A stretch of 64,000 nt of DNA. It comes from Takakia lepidozioides (taxonomy: Eukaryota > Plantae > Bryophyta). The position numbers were made by a program, and so were the translations under genes. The stretch is taken from NCBI GenBank assembly GCA_030704615.1, contig CM060734.1:16492001-16556000 (forward strand), read 5' to 3'. Positions 12,910 through 26,427 of this stretch are shown one piece after another (position 1 is the stretch's first letter; each line of letters starts with the position of its first letter). A model generated the notes under the pieces. That model searched no databases. It was not told the origin of the DNA and was given only the letters and a program-made list of their open reading frames with translations.

Positions 12910-14199
12910 CAGGGAGTCTAGCGGTTGTGCCTTAGGTTTGAGGCAGCGTGATAAACGTCGTACCCGGCGCTGGCTCCTATGTGGGAACCATCGGTATAGT
13001 GGGAATGAACTGGTACTTGAGGGGCATATGTTGGTAACATGGCGGTGGGGTGGTTGGTGGTGTAGGTGAGGGGGGTGGCGGGGAGGTGCTTTAATCCAGG
13101 TTTGCTCAGGTTGATTTTGGGTAGTGGACCAGATGCAGGGGTAGTGGGACTTTGAGGTAGGGGAGGGGGTATATGGGGAAGGTCAGCGGTGACCTTGAAG
13201 CCATGAGTACGCATGAGTGTGTGGACAAGGTGGGGGTGAAGTGTATGTGGGACGGGAGGGGCGAATGCGTGTTGAATATGAAGGAGGAGAGTAATGGTGG
13301 GTTCATCATGCTTAAAATATTTAGGGAAGGGTGGATTCTTTGAGTATATGGTTGGCCTGGTTCTATGGAGGCTATAAGTGTGGTACCCTGTGGAAGGTGT
13401 AGTAAGGGGTGAGGATTATCAGGTGACTGCTGGTGGGTGAGTACGAGGATAGTAGTCGATGTTGGGGATACGTGGGCCACAAAGCGGGCCCATTGTAGAG
13501 CCTCTTGGGTGTGGGGTCCGCAGGTGGGGGGGTTTGGAGCCAGCCCTCTACCAGACCATGAGTGTTGGGTGGCAGAGCTAGAAGCCCCAAAAATGCAGTC
13601 TCTCGGATGGGGGATGGCGAATGATTGGATGGTCATGGGACAAGTAAGCGGGCTAGAGTAGTATGAGTGGGTTAGTTGGAAGGAGGTGATGAGGACGGTG
13701 AGTATATCCTGGGAAATAACACTGTGGGTATATGCTTGGGACATGATGGGTGTAACTTGTCGTGCGCATACATATCGCTACACAACTACATCGCTGTCCA
13801 AAAACCACAACACATGTGCACACCCACACACTAGTATACCACTAGTCCACCACTATTCCAGCCACTAGTCCAACCACTAGGCTACAACTAGTCAGTCACT
13901 AGGCTGCCACTATGCTGCCCACTATGGCAGTCACTAGTCCACACAATCGCCCCCCTAGCTGGTGCTTAGGTCCCTCTAAGTCCAGGTAGCCACAAGATGT
14001 GATAGTGACCATAGCCTCACTAAGTCCTCCACCACTATCCCTACTACACTCAAACTCGATAGATCAAGAGGCCGGGTGCAAGAGTTGCCCCATCGTTAGT
14101 CGCCGTCTTGCAACCGTGAACTTGAGCTTGGATCTCATGTATTGACTCCTATGAGCTTGGCCTCCCATGTCTTGTTAGCGCCTCCAGTCATGTCCACTG

Positions 14200-17100
14200 C
14201 CACTATCCCAAGCAGTGTGGACACAACCAATCTCCGTCAGAACCTTCTCAAGAGGTGGTGTCAAGCATCCCATTATGCCAACCCCTTGAGCATCGATCAC
14301 ACACCACATGGTGGCTGCCCCTGGCAGACCCACAGATCATGCACCTCAAACCGCAGGTACCACTGCCAAGATTGGGTCAACTCTGCCATCGACATGGGAA
14401 GGTGACATGGCGCACAATTACGCACATGGTCCTTCCAAATCATGCCATCCCGACCTCCAAGATCAGGACCCCTGAGGGCAACACCTCTCGACCCTCAGAA
14501 TAAACACGCCCTGCAGTAACAATCCAGAGTCGTAGGAGCAGTCTGCTGTAAATAAACATAGTCACCAGGGCTAAACCTCCGAACCCCAGGACGATATCCT
14601 CCACCACGTATAGTAGCATACCTCAACGTATCACGGTGTTGTGCAATGGCAAGGTTCTCAAAAGCCATGGCATGACTTCTGAACAACTCTGCACGCTGAT
14701 CACATACACATACCCACACGTCGGGTCGTCAAGGTTAAGGACTTGAGCAGTGTCCCTACGAATGGCTGCAGACAAATCCGGCTCTCGGCCAAAGAGAAGG
14801 AAATATGGTGAGAAGGAGGCAAGTGATGCTTGTTTGCTGAACCTGTAGCCCATGGCTAACCAAGGGGAACCTGAAGATCCCAATCTCCTAGGTGTCCCTT
14901 CTGCAAGCCATACTTGCGCAAACCCCTCTTCACCATCTGAACAACTCTCTCTGCTAAGCCATCGGCCTCAGGATGATCCCGAGAAGTGATGCGGTGGTCT
15001 ATCAAGGCTTTATCACACAAAGCCTGAAACTCCCCCAAAAACTCTCTCCTTTGGTCCGTGAGTACCTCAGCTGGAGCACCAAATCGGCTAAGCACACGAT
15101 CCAAGAATGCATACGCAGCCCCCTCACTAGCCTTGTCAGGCAATGGAACCAACTCAATCCACTTGGAGAAGTGCCCACCATCACCAACACATATCTGTGG
15201 TGGCACATAGTCAGTGGCAACGGTCCTGCGAAGTCAAGACTCCACCTGTAGCCCAATCCCATGATTGGTAAAGGATGCAACTGTGGTGTAGGGGCATTGA
15301 ATGAAGCACGCACCCTGTCACACACCATGCACCTAGCCACGAACTGTTGCACCTCTGTATGCATACCACGCCACCAATACTGCCCCTGCAGTAAACTGTG
15401 AGTGCGTCGCACTCCAAAATGCCCCAATCCTCATGGGCATGCCGCACTAACCGTGCACGCTGTGTGGGGTGAGGCACAATCCTCACCCAACCATCCTCCC
15501 ACACTCGAAGTAGGTGTATCCCCTCCACTTGAACCTCTTGGCTCGTTGCAGGATCCGATCCCTCTCCCTGGCAGTCACAAATGGCTGCCGTGTCTCCCGT
15601 GCGGAGGTAGTCCAACATAGCCGAATCCTCATGTATATCTCTGGCACCACCTAGCTCATCACTAGCCTCAGGGTCCTCAGACACTCCGTCTACAGTCATC
15701 CCTGTTATAGGTCCAATCTGACCTCCCGATGCCAAGATACACAAAAATGCAGATGCGTGCCATCCCGACACCATCTCCTCGTCCGTCTCTCACCATGCCA
15801 CCGAGCTCCAGTGTCATCCTGCTGGCTCATGCATGGATTGCGACTCAATCCATCCGCATCCCGATTGACCAAACCCGGTCGATGCACAACGTGAAAGTCA
15901 TACTCCTGGAGTATAAGTGCCCACCGTGCAAGCTTCCCCGTAAGCTTGTCTGACTCCATCAACCACTTAAGTGGCTGGTGATCGTGACAAGGGTGAAAAG
16001 ATTGCCGTATAGATAGCACCTGAAGTGTGCCACGGCCCACACTGCAGCTAAGCACTCTCCCTCATATGATTTGTACTTAGCCTCTGCAGCGTTGTTCGAG
16101 CGGCTAGCGTAAGCCACTACGAACTCTCTTCCCTCATCATCCACCTGTGTGAGCACCGCTCCAAGCCCCAGCATGCTCCAACGTATGCAGCTGAAAGGGA
16201 CGCCCCCTGATAGGTCGTCTCAAGATAGGCACCGAGGTCAACCTCGCCTTGAGCTCTTGAAAAGCTCGTTCCTGCTCATCTTCCCACTGCCACTCCTGGT
16301 CCACCTTGGTCAGCTTGGTTAGAGCCTTTGCAATGGTACTAAATCCCTTGACAAAACGTCTATAATAGTTTGCCAACCCCATGAAAGCTCGAACTCGGCT
16401 CACATCCGTGGGGTGGAATTTGTGCAATGGCCTCTACCTTAGTTCCTGTACCCCCAATCCTCCAGGATATATCACGTGACCCAGATACTCAATCTGGTTG
16501 TGGAAAAACTTGCACTTCCCGGATGCAACTTTAATCCGTGCGCTCTCAAGCGCTCCAATACCCCTGAAGGTGTCTCTCATGCTCCTCCATCGTAACACTA
16601 AAGATGATGATGTCATCTATGTAGCACCGAGCAAAGTCCACCCTGCTAGAATCCTATCCTTGACTCTCTGAAACTCTGCAGGAGCATTCTTAAGCCAAAT
16701 GGTAAGAACCGCCACTGGTATAGGCAATCCTTGCCGTGCTCATTGATCCCCCAGAATGCCGTCTTCTGCTTGTCCACTCCTTGATTGGCAACTAGTGATA
16801 TCCGGATCGTAAATCCAAGTGCTAAAGGCCTTAGCATGCCCGATGGCATCAAAGATCTCCTCTGGTGTTGGCATGGCATACTTATCGGACTTGGTCTGAC
16901 GATTTACAGGCCGGTAATCACCGCACATACGTCTCTCCGTCCAATTGCCATAGACATCCTTCTTGGCTGGCATCACTGTGGCTGAAGCATACTCTCCACC
17001 AGAGAGCTCCACCAACCTGCCTCCCAGAGATCTTGAGTCCTCATCTGAATCAAAGACCTCTCCATGTCACTGTATCTATAGGGTCTCCGAAAGATTGGCG

Positions 17101-17200
17101 TGTCAGTGGCCAACTCAATACGGATCTCTTGACCCTTCAGTGCTCCCAAGTCCTTCAAACTGAAGGCAAAGCAATTCCTGTAAGCCCTCAGGAAAACGCC
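14200..17200 (-). pseudogene. Gypsy A pol: RT, RNase H, integrase and C-terminal PHD finger (many frameshifts)
   Basis: RMCGDYRPVN, YIDD, FMGLANYYRRF, EGECLAAVWAV, GHFG...C..C, SLDFAGP, VLTDQ and GLAERVVQ. Collinear with the nearly intact copy at 59913-62888. Confidence 0.92.
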
Positions 17201-17549
17201 GTTATACGTTGTCTCTCTCCTCCGGTGACAATGGGTCCAATGTCAGGCTCCCAATTGTCCTCCGTAACTACAACCTTAAGTACAGTGGGCTTAGAGGTAG
17301 AGGACGCGTCCGTGGTTGCTAGCTATGCTGCAACTCTTGAGCAGTACTCCCTGCCTGCTCAGTCAATGACAAGACCTCATCCTGCCCCATCATCTCATCA
17401 TTGAGACCTCCTCAACCCGAGAAGAATCCCCAACCTCATCTATCACAGCCGCCTGGCTGCCAACTCCCTCTGAACCTCGAGCACCTCCCACGTGTGCCAT
17501 GGATGCATGCACCCCGTGGTCCTCACATGCTCGCCCTTACTCACTGCTG

Positions 17550-18530
17550 TACCGTCTGGTAGGCAGAGAGACCATTGAGGGAAGTGTACTCCGCACTCTG
17601 CGTTGCTCAGCCAGAGCCAAGCTGATAATCCAGTCAAGCATTGAGATCCATTGCTTGCCCAACACTTGACGACGTGATGCCTCAGAAAGAGACGACACCG
17701 CCGTGGTACCAGTGGTAAAACCATTGCCCGCTCACGCTCGTCAGCATTAGGCTCCACTAACTACTGCAACTGAGCATCCCACAGGAGGCCAGGTCCACTA
17801 TCCCGGAAAGCATGCGATCTGGGAAGCTGAGCAGTGTAGGTAATGCTGCCCGTGGTTGACCCACCTTGTTGACCACTGCCAAAGGCGAACGGTCATCGTG
17901 TCTCACACGCTGAGACTGCCTCCCTGTGTCCAGAATGTTATCCACTGTGAGATGTGCTGGCCGCTACACCCCATCAAATGCACGCTTGAGCAGTGCGGGT
18001 GGCATCAAGTTAGTCCACCATAGCCGTGGACGATGAGCTCGTGACCCCACTGTAGCTGCATCTAGCAACACTGCTGACCCAAGCCGCCGAGAATCGCCTA
18101 CATCAGTGGCACATTCTCCAATGTATGCCTGGGATACTTCTTGTATGAAGCTGCAAGTTGCGCAAAACCCCACCATCCTCCCAAAACCGACCCGACCTCG
18201 AGTCTCGCAATCCAGTGCCATGCCCGCTGATGAATGCCTTTGGCAGGGCCAACCTGCCAGATCAATGGAGCCCAACCTGCTCCAAATCCTTCACCCCCAG
18301 CACGAAATGTCGCTGGCAAGGCCTGCTGAATCCACGAATTGCAGACACCGCAACAAACTCAGGGACCGCTGCAACCAACTGAGAAACATGGCGAAGTGAA
18401 CGCTTCATGCAGTCTCATCCCTCTCCACATACAAGGTAACGCCGAACTCGTACACTCTGTAACTTTTCGCAGTGCCAATCCGGCGCTGATCCCGCCAAAC
18501 AAGTCCAGAAGACAAATGCCCTTCATTCGG
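17550..18530 (-). pseudogene. C5 cytosine DNA methyltransferase domain embedded in Gypsy pol between protease and RT
   Basis: Motifs appear in canonical order across frameshifts: I LLDLFGGISAG (~18481-18526), IV DLAGWPCQ (~18240), VI LENV (~18110), VIII AHRPRLWWTN (~18010-18040), IX-like EPNADERERAM (~17725-17757). Confidence 0.88.
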
Positions 18531-18899
18531 ATACTGCCACACAATAGGTGTGGTGTCCAATGGATACAATTGAGGTGGTCCTTTGCAAACCCACACTCTC
18601 CTCCTCTCCTGACGGTACAAAATCCCACTCCGCTTATTGCACCCGTTCGATCAGCATCCCGCTGCAAATCCTTGCTCGTGCCCCACAAATGTCTGAGCAA
18701 CGACCATGGTAGGCAACTCGGCCATACCATACATGTCATCCCTCTCTCCCAGAGGTGGTACATCCTCTGAATGAGCATTGCCCTCCAGCACTCTCTAGCC
18801 AACTCACTGCAGCTGTGAAGGCTGCTAGTGTCGGCATCTTGCCTCGCTGGGCAGCCGCAATACCCCAATGAAACGTCACAGGGCGCTGTCACACGCCGG

Positions 18900-21372
18900 C
18901 CCTCCCCTGACTGCCATGCCGGCCTATATGATGCTGACTCCTCCCAAAAATCCAGGGTGAAGCCCATGGGGTATAACACTGCCCCACCAACAAGGACATC
19001 GTAGGAGACCGCGTCTGTCACAATGGCCTTGGCTCGCATCACGAGCCATCTGTATTGATCCGGCCGTAGTCTGATGGCCAACTCATGCGGGTCCTGCCCC
19101 GAGCCTGCTCCGATCCTCCCAGAGATGTCTGTATCTGGAAAGGACAAGGCTCCTATCCGCCTCCGTGAGCCCAAGCCTGCATAGCAGCTCTGCCCACATC
19201 CCATGGCTGTGCTCCCGAGTCCAACAAGACCGCAGTGGCCGGTATGCTCTTGCCCTGCCGGTCCACTCAAAGAGAAAATGTCATCCTGGTTGTCTAACTG
19301 ACAACTCCAGGTGTCACCATGTCGCGCTCATGGCTGGCCTAGCTGGCAGCTCCGTCAACCTGGCACTGCAGCTTGCCATGGCGCCGCCGTGGTATCTTAA
19401 AACCCTCAAAGCCGAGGATCCCTCCGACACTACACCTCCACTATCTCCGAGAAGATGAAGTAACCTCCCACTCTCACAGAGTGTAGCTGCCAGCCTGAAC
19501 ACCTCAGCTGTTCTTACCACCCCGGCACGCAATCATGGTCCCGAGAACAATGGCGCTTGGCACCAAGATGTGGCCGCTCCTACAGTCCCACTAGCTGCCA
19601 TAGCCCCTTGGCAACACTAGGTATTGGTGCTACCTGTAGCTCTCCCCAATGGCATATAATAACCTCCGCCTCGGTAACAGTCGGGCGAAACTAGGTGCCA
19701 TGGATGGCGTCGACACTGTCTCCGCCAATGTGAATGACTGAGGAAGCCTAGCCGACGGCTTGCCTCCCCACGCTGTGGATCCAATTCCACCTCTGCACCT
19801 CTTCTCAGGAACTCGTGCTGCTCCTTAGTCACGGCTGCAGCAGATTCCACCTGCACTAGTGGAGTGCTGCTCCAACATGAATCCCATGCCTCCCATATCT
19901 CCTCCCTCAGGAGCAGGAGGTGAGACCATCCGGCCTTAGAGCCGGTACCCACCTGACTCTAGCCATGCAGCGAGCCTCTGCTCTATCTGCTGAAGCCGGT
20001 TGGCCATGCCTTGCAACACCCTGACCTCCGCGTCCTTGGCCATGTTGAGCTTGCCCTTGGCCTCGTTGCTGGCCAACCACCTCGTCCTCTCTTGGCTGCT
20101 CCACCTCCCCCCGCCACCATTGTTCCCTTGGAACTGGGGCCTGGGCGCAACTCAGGATGCAAACCATAACACTGAGCCTCTCATGTCCGTGCTTGCCACA
20201 ATGGCCCACACTGCAACTGTGCAGGCTGTGCATGGCCACCCTTTGCCTCCTCTGGGCAATCCTTCTTGACATGGGGTCCTCCACATGTCAGCACACCACA
20301 TCCGCCCGTTGGTTGGCCAGCAAATGAGGGAGGACCCGGACCTGCATCCTGAGGTCCCTCTGCCCTTCCATGGCTTCACCTGAGCCCTCCTTGTTGCCTT
20401 GACCACCGTTGAGGTATGTGTTGGCTATGACAACCACTACCCCCCTCAGGCCTGGTGTCCTTGTACAATTCCCACCATGACCTCGTTCCTCACCATGTTG
20501 AGCTCTATCCGCTCATGCCAGCAAAACACATTTGCTAAGGTGGGTTGTTGGCCCTTGTATGGAGTTGCATCCATTCGCACCCTTCTCCTGAGCTCCTTGT
20601 CCAATATTCCCATACCAGAATTGGACTGCCGAGCTTCCGTACCCCTTGGGTTACATTTATCAAGCGCCTCATGCGAGTGAAAGCCCCCTCAAAGCTCTCG
20701 GTCGTGCTTTTCGCGTTGGAACTCTTGCAAGCTCCGCAACTTCTCTGTCCTCAGACCCCTTGGTAGTTCCTCCCTCTCAACTCTTCGAAGAACTCCACAA
20801 CGGGTTGAAGGCAGGCAACGGTGCTGAGTGCTGGTGGCGGTAGTGGCCTTGGTTGGAGAACGGTCGTAGCTGCTGTACCACCATCCCACTGCTGCTTCGA
20901 AGCTGCCGGTTCGCGGCATTGTTTAGCCACTGCCCTTGTGGGCCTCTAGTGCCCCTCGTGATGGAGCATAGTCGGGTGAACCAGTACATCCTCCACTCCT
21001 CGATCTCACTCATCCCTCGCCTGAACTCATGGTAATCATCCCTAGGCGGCCCCTCAAGGGCTGAAACAGCCCCTTCCATGCCATGAAAGGCGTAAATATT
21101 GTGGATTACGCATCTTGCTGCAAATCACACCAACTATCAAACTCCTGGATAAAATCATCCAACTCGATGGTGCCCACCGCCCAGAGTACCTTCGTGGCCC
21201 TCTTGGTAGCTCCATACATCTCCTCCATTGTGTCCCACAACAATGGCAAGAAACACTTGCATTCCGCCGGTATGAGTCCTCCTGATTCACAATCCAATTC
21301 GACCTCCGTAGAAAGACACAGGAGGTGAAGGTGGCCTAAACAAACTGCACACCTCGTCCTCGTGTACCCCAC
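18900..21372 (-). pseudogene. Gypsy A gag and aspartic protease (degenerate)
   Basis: Gag-like DDFIQEFDSWCD and ALEGPP...YHEF. Protease LLDSGAQ (~19205-19230) and YDVLVGG. Confidence 0.65.
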
Positions 21373-21970
21373 TCTTATCGCTATTGCTCGAACCCGGCAC
21401 TATCCCCAGCACTATGGCACCCCCCTCCGTGTTGACACTCAACCGGTCATGAACATGTCCCTACCCCCCCTCCACAAGGTAACCGGTTAGAGAACCTGTT
21501 GCGGCATATGGTTTCTGAATACCTACTAATTCCTAACTGCCTACACCTGTACCTAATTGCATCCACGGCAAGCACTCCTATGGTTGGCTTATCCATCACC
21601 TTCCAACCTCACCACATGAAAACACTTGGTCCTGGCTGGTCATCACCCTAGCCTCACCATCTATAGCGCTCTAGGACTGGCCTGTGATCAAATCCGGAAC
21701 CAATGCCTATAAAAACAAGCGCCCCACCAAAACTAGCATGTCTGCACAGCAAGCATGCAGTTATGAGGGATCCAAACACAAGAAATCAGTGCGACAACTC
21801 CCCCACACCAAAAACAACTCCACTGTGTTCTCTGCAGACAAACCCCAGCCAAACCGGGCTGCCCTTGCCTCCACCTACGGAAGGTCTTGTCCCTAATGAG
21901 ATGGTGGAAACTACGAGGAAGAGAAGCTAAAGCAATGCTACACCCAGCATGCCCTCATCCCAACACTCTT

Positions 21971-22075
21971 GGAGGTTTACTATTTCATGAGCAGAAACCA
22001 TGAGCCATGAGCCATGAGCCGCATGAGCCGCATGAGCGGTGAGCCGAAGTCTAAGATACGCGGATTTCATGAGCG
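21971..22075 (+). repeat. Left TIR with tandem CATGAGC subterminal repeats
   Basis: catgagc is repeated about 7 times and inverted (gctcatg) at the right end. Confidence 0.9.
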
Positions 22076-22821
22076 GACTCCTCCAAATTTGGAAATGCGG
22101 CAGATTAAACAAGTATTAAAATAATAGTTTTTTATTTGACCTTGCCGTTTTTGGACGTTCCAGATCATGTAATGCGGCGAAGATATGTCGTCAGTAACAA
22201 GTCCGCTCATGGTTTTATAGATCCGCTCATGGAAATAAGTGACCGTGCAACGGGAAATCCAGTATACCACTGCAAAAGGACGTCGCATACTGGCCTGTAT
22301 AGAGTATTCCGCGGTTTTACATGCCTTAACATTGGAATGAAGCTGACCCTTTTGCCGCGATTGAACCAATGGAGTCTGCACCAATACAGTCTGCAGTACT
22401 TCACAATTCTGTCTTCTTCGGGTATTCGGCGGGAAAGGTTTGCAACTGAACTGGGAAATAGGGTGCCGCATTAGGGTTCGCACGTGCGAAATTTCGGAGC
22501 GGTTTGGTGTTGGCGAAGGCCGCCTCTGGGGTACCTACGACGATACTTGGAAATTCGGCGCCGCATTTCCTTGTCGGAGGTCGAATGAGGAGAGCAAGTT
22601 TTCGGAAAGCAGAAAAACATGAACCCTCCAACATACAAAAATACATGCACGTGGAAACAAGTGAACGATATAGTAATATCTTAGTTCGAGCAAAACAGGT
22701 TACTGGTAGGCAAGACATATGTCGGACCTTTGTGTGGCCAGAGTCTGAGGTACTGGCAGCAGTACAGTTCTACTATCCGAAAAGGATGGGCGTACCATTG
22801 TATGTGGACCGCAAGCCAAGC

Positions 22822-25800
22822 TCACTGGTCCCCTGGATCCATATTCAGAAGAGTGTGAACCTCCTGGGGGCTCAACCCTGGTGCATGTATGAAGTGATGA
22901 GTTGTGGAATTACAACGGAGTCTCTTTAGGTACACGTAGTACAAATGCTTGCAAGGGCAGTATGATGCCCCCTTGTTCGCCATGATCTGGAAGTCGGTGC
23001 AATTGCAGGTGGGTAATTCTGAAATGGTGATGGTGTACACCTCATTGCGAACAGCTGAGCCCGCCGTGGCCATCTGATACACACGCCCGAATCCTGGTGG
23101 GGGCACTTCTGTCGAGCTCTGGATTGTACAGTTCATCCGAAGTGCATTCCCCATCCTTGTCTCGTTCACTTTTGAGGGAGGTCGCCGCCTCTTCGGTTTC
23201 CCCCAACGGTGTGTAGGATGCTTAGAGCTGTCGTGTCCCATTGTTCTTGCTCTCACAGGGGTCGGTGGTGGAGGCTGTGGAAGCGGAAATGGTTGTCTGG
23301 GGACGTCAGTGCGCTGCACCATCCGAAATCCTGCGGCGGTAAGGGCGTCGGCCTCAACCTGACTCAGATCGCAGCCTGGTTCCACCGGCCACACCGGGGA
23401 GCCTCTGGCATTGTTTGTATGCCGTACTTGGGCTTTCCATACACGCAAGTCATAATGTCGTGCCTGCAGAACCAGAACTGGGTGGTTGTCGCCTCCGCAA
23501 ACTTTGCATGGACAAATCTTCCTGTAAAAGTAGGAGCAGGGACAGCCCCATCTGGATTCCTCCTTATCATCTCTAAACAACGTTGCCGTGTATCCACACG
23601 AATTGCGGAACACCTTCCTCGAAACGACGGCTTTGTGCGAGCAATTCTCCACTGTGATGCAGACACAGTCGTCTCCACAATGGCTTGGCCATACTGCATA
23701 ACAGCGGGCGGAATGTGGGGCAAGGGAGCGGTGGGAATTTGTTGCACGAAATCCCCGGTTGAAGGCGACGGCGATCTGGAATTTCTTGGGCTTCCACTGC
23801 TGGAAGACACATTGTGCGGCAACATGACGGGACCTCGAGGTGCTGTCCGAATGTTCCTGTCGGATCTCCAGGAATCCTCTTCGCACCCGGGTTCCTCTTC
23901 AATCCTCCGCCTGACAGGGCGAGTCCGGACGTCCCCCTCTAGGTGTTCACCTCTGCGGTGCAGAGGCGTCCCTTTGATCTTCTCTCGCAATGCTGTCGCC
24001 CATTTCACTGGATTCTTGGACCTCGAAGCTGTTCGTACCAACAATTCCTCCCTGTCCGGCCCAAAGCCCCATTGTTTGCCGCTCAGGAACTTGTAGTACG
24101 TGGCTTGCTGCATGATTGCTCTGTCGATGTCCTCCGTTGTGGCCGTCACTACGTCCACCAGATGTGCGGCAGAAGACGCTCGCCAGGAGGAGTGGACCGA
24201 TTCTGCCATATTCGTGTTCGGCATGTCCGTGTCGGAATCCAAGCACCGCTCCTAGAAGGACACAAACAATGGTGAGGGACCAATCGAAATGTCCGTAACA
24301 GAAAGACAAATGAACGAAATGACAGCAGCCTACCTCCCGCATGTACTGTCCGAACTGTCGATACCGAAAATGCCACCACCCCAACCAGCTGTGCAATGCT
24401 CCCAGATTGGTTGTCTCCACTGCACCTGACGTGTTCCACCAAGCCTCGATGATAGCAAACTTAACCTCCGCGTCATCAAATGTGGGTGCATCCTTCCACG
24501 CCGTACAAAGGACACGGTGTTCAGCCTGGAATGAGCTAGCAACAAATTTGGTAGTGTAGTGGGATAGACTCTGCATCCAATGGAATCCACAGGATCTCTC
24601 TTTCCCCTCCATTGGAACATTGGGGTCCTCACCGTACACACGCCGCACCGCTGCCCAGTTGGCCTGAGCGTTGTCTGCCATGAATCCCCTGAAATTGGGC
24701 TCTGGCAATCCCGCCCTTGCCATCTGCTCGTTTATGCCCTCCCACAGATGCATCTCGGACTGTGTGTCCTCCCCTTTCATCTCGCAGATTGCAATCGTCA
24801 TGAGCCTCTTGGAGTGATAGTCATAAACATGCGCACCCATAGTCACCCACTGATGGTTTGTAATTCGCTTGATGTGATCAAACATCACCCAAGCATTCGA
24901 CAAGTTTCCAGTTGTCATGCGAGTGACCAAGTCGACTCCACTCCCAGGCCCACACGTCGACATTTTGAAAATGTAACAACGATCGGATTCGCTGCCTTGC
25001 CCTGGAAACCTGCTACCTTGGATGTAGTCATATCCAGTCATTCGTTTCACCTCCAGGATTGAGTACATGTCCGACCCCCTGCCGAACTCCTGCTTGCAAG
25101 ATACGATGTGATTCCGCACATTCGGACTACAAACGTGCGAGACGGACTCCAAGAGGTCACGCATCTCGTCTTCGGTCAAGGGCTCTCGGTCGGAACCATC
25201 TTCAGACATGATTTTGCCAAGAGCAATCTTGTGGGCTGCCTTCAGCTGAATCTGCTTTGGTCTGGCTCCGGGGCTCAATTTCACCTCCTCTTTTATGATG
25301 TCGTGTGCTTCCTGCACAGCCTCACGCATGTTGCCTCTCGCCAAGGGGTGGCAGTGGACCCCAACGTGTATGCAAGCTCTAGTCAAGTCCGGGAGCAAAT
25401 GGATAACGTAATATTGCTTGGCTCTGCACATGGACATGCACGTCGGTGGTTCTTTGCAATGTGCACACTTGAAAGAACCCGCAGGAGCTTGGCTGGAGAC
25501 AATGAATGGATGATGCGTTGTGCCAGTCCAATCCGTCTCGTTTCTCCGCCCTCCTTTGGAGAGAAAGTGGAAGCAGGTGGGATTGAGGCACCTCAGCTTC
25601 CCCGCACAGAGGACATATCGTACACGAACACCATCAGCAATTTTCGTGCTACTGGTCTTCGTCACACACCAGGGGTGTCCGTCATGCTTTCGATCCATGT
25701 CTGTTAACATCCCGGAGGCTTTCTTTGACGAAGAAACAGGTGGAAACTCGAAGATGACATTGCCATCGACTTCGGGAGGCAGAAACGTTACCTTTCTGAC

Positions 25801-26427
25801 TGGGAATTTGGCATAGTCGAGAGCAGCCAGCTCGGAGCGAGAACCATCGAGGTGATGTTGTCGTAGGAGCTGCACAATGGACCGGGTTGGAGTTATGCTC
25901 GAGGGCACATGCGTAGCACCTACAGAGACGTCCATGCCGGATTTGAACGACCGTGTGGAGGACATGGGTACCTCAATGCAATCATCTTCCTCGTCGGAAA
26001 TGTCGAATACGTCCACACGAGAAGCTATGGAGGGTCTTGACGGTCCAGGTCGGGAATGATTATCGTTGCATACCTCTCTGTTGGCAGTGGCCGCCTCTCG
26101 GTTTCCGGACTCCTTTGTGGATGGTGTGGGCAGCGACTGATTCGGAAAGGGAATGGGCATTCCCACAGCTCGGTACAGGATGGTGTCTGACGGGGGAACG
26201 TGCCATTCGATTCCGCAACCTCCGTCGTTACCTAGCACGACAATGGTCTCGTCAACCTGTCCAGGAACATCCTTCCTTTCTTCTTCCAAATAAACTGTGC
26301 CCGGTTTGAGCTTGAATTTGGAACAAAGGTAAGTTTCAGTCACTCTGCAAAGTCCTCCCTCGTTTGGGATCCAGGCTCTCCCAAGTTGCGGAGGACAGCA
26401 AACTATAGCGTAGGAATTCGGAGCCAT
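22822..26427 (-). CDS. Transposase of ~1170 aa: GCM-type Zn domain, MULE-like DDE with CxxH, C-terminal SWIM. Two exons (26427-24334, 24251-22822) and a 1-nt frameshift near 23397
   Basis: GCM-like CAGKLRC...C...CAHC...C...GVHCHP. Catalytic WVMFDH, FMADNA, CGFHW and TNMAESVH. SWIM CNC...CKH. A phase-0 GT-AG intron joins QYMRE|ERCLDS. Copy 2 reads MPEAPLVWPVEPG in one frame, showing a 1-nt loss here (mutation or sequencing error). Start codon uncertain. Confidence 0.88.

Larger units (their letters stand above)
10780..13753 (-). pseudogene. LINE copy 2, 3' part: RNase H, CCHC knuckle and restriction-like (PD-D/ExK) endonuclease
   Basis: RNase H motifs YTDGS, RAELMAI, IFTDSL and KVRSHTGNAGNEEAD. 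Knuckle CPLC...HLLSQC. RLE motif CPDILL...FVESTYC...EKRQKY. Confidence 0.85.

Noticed and set aside
22067-22483. ORF similar to 50410-50730
   Set aside because: Both strands show equal similarity and the ORF ends differ, which DNA-level homology of subterminal regions explains. A short gene is not excluded.
23209-24096. Long antisense ORFs over the transposase, the ParB/MTase gene (31797-32654) and pol genes
   Set aside because: Shadow frames of real coding sequence with no independent motifs.
23947-24333. C-terminal ~130 aa of the 860-aa ORF
   Set aside because: Read-through of intron 24333-24252 into the wrong frame. The catalytic TNMAES lies in the spliced frame.
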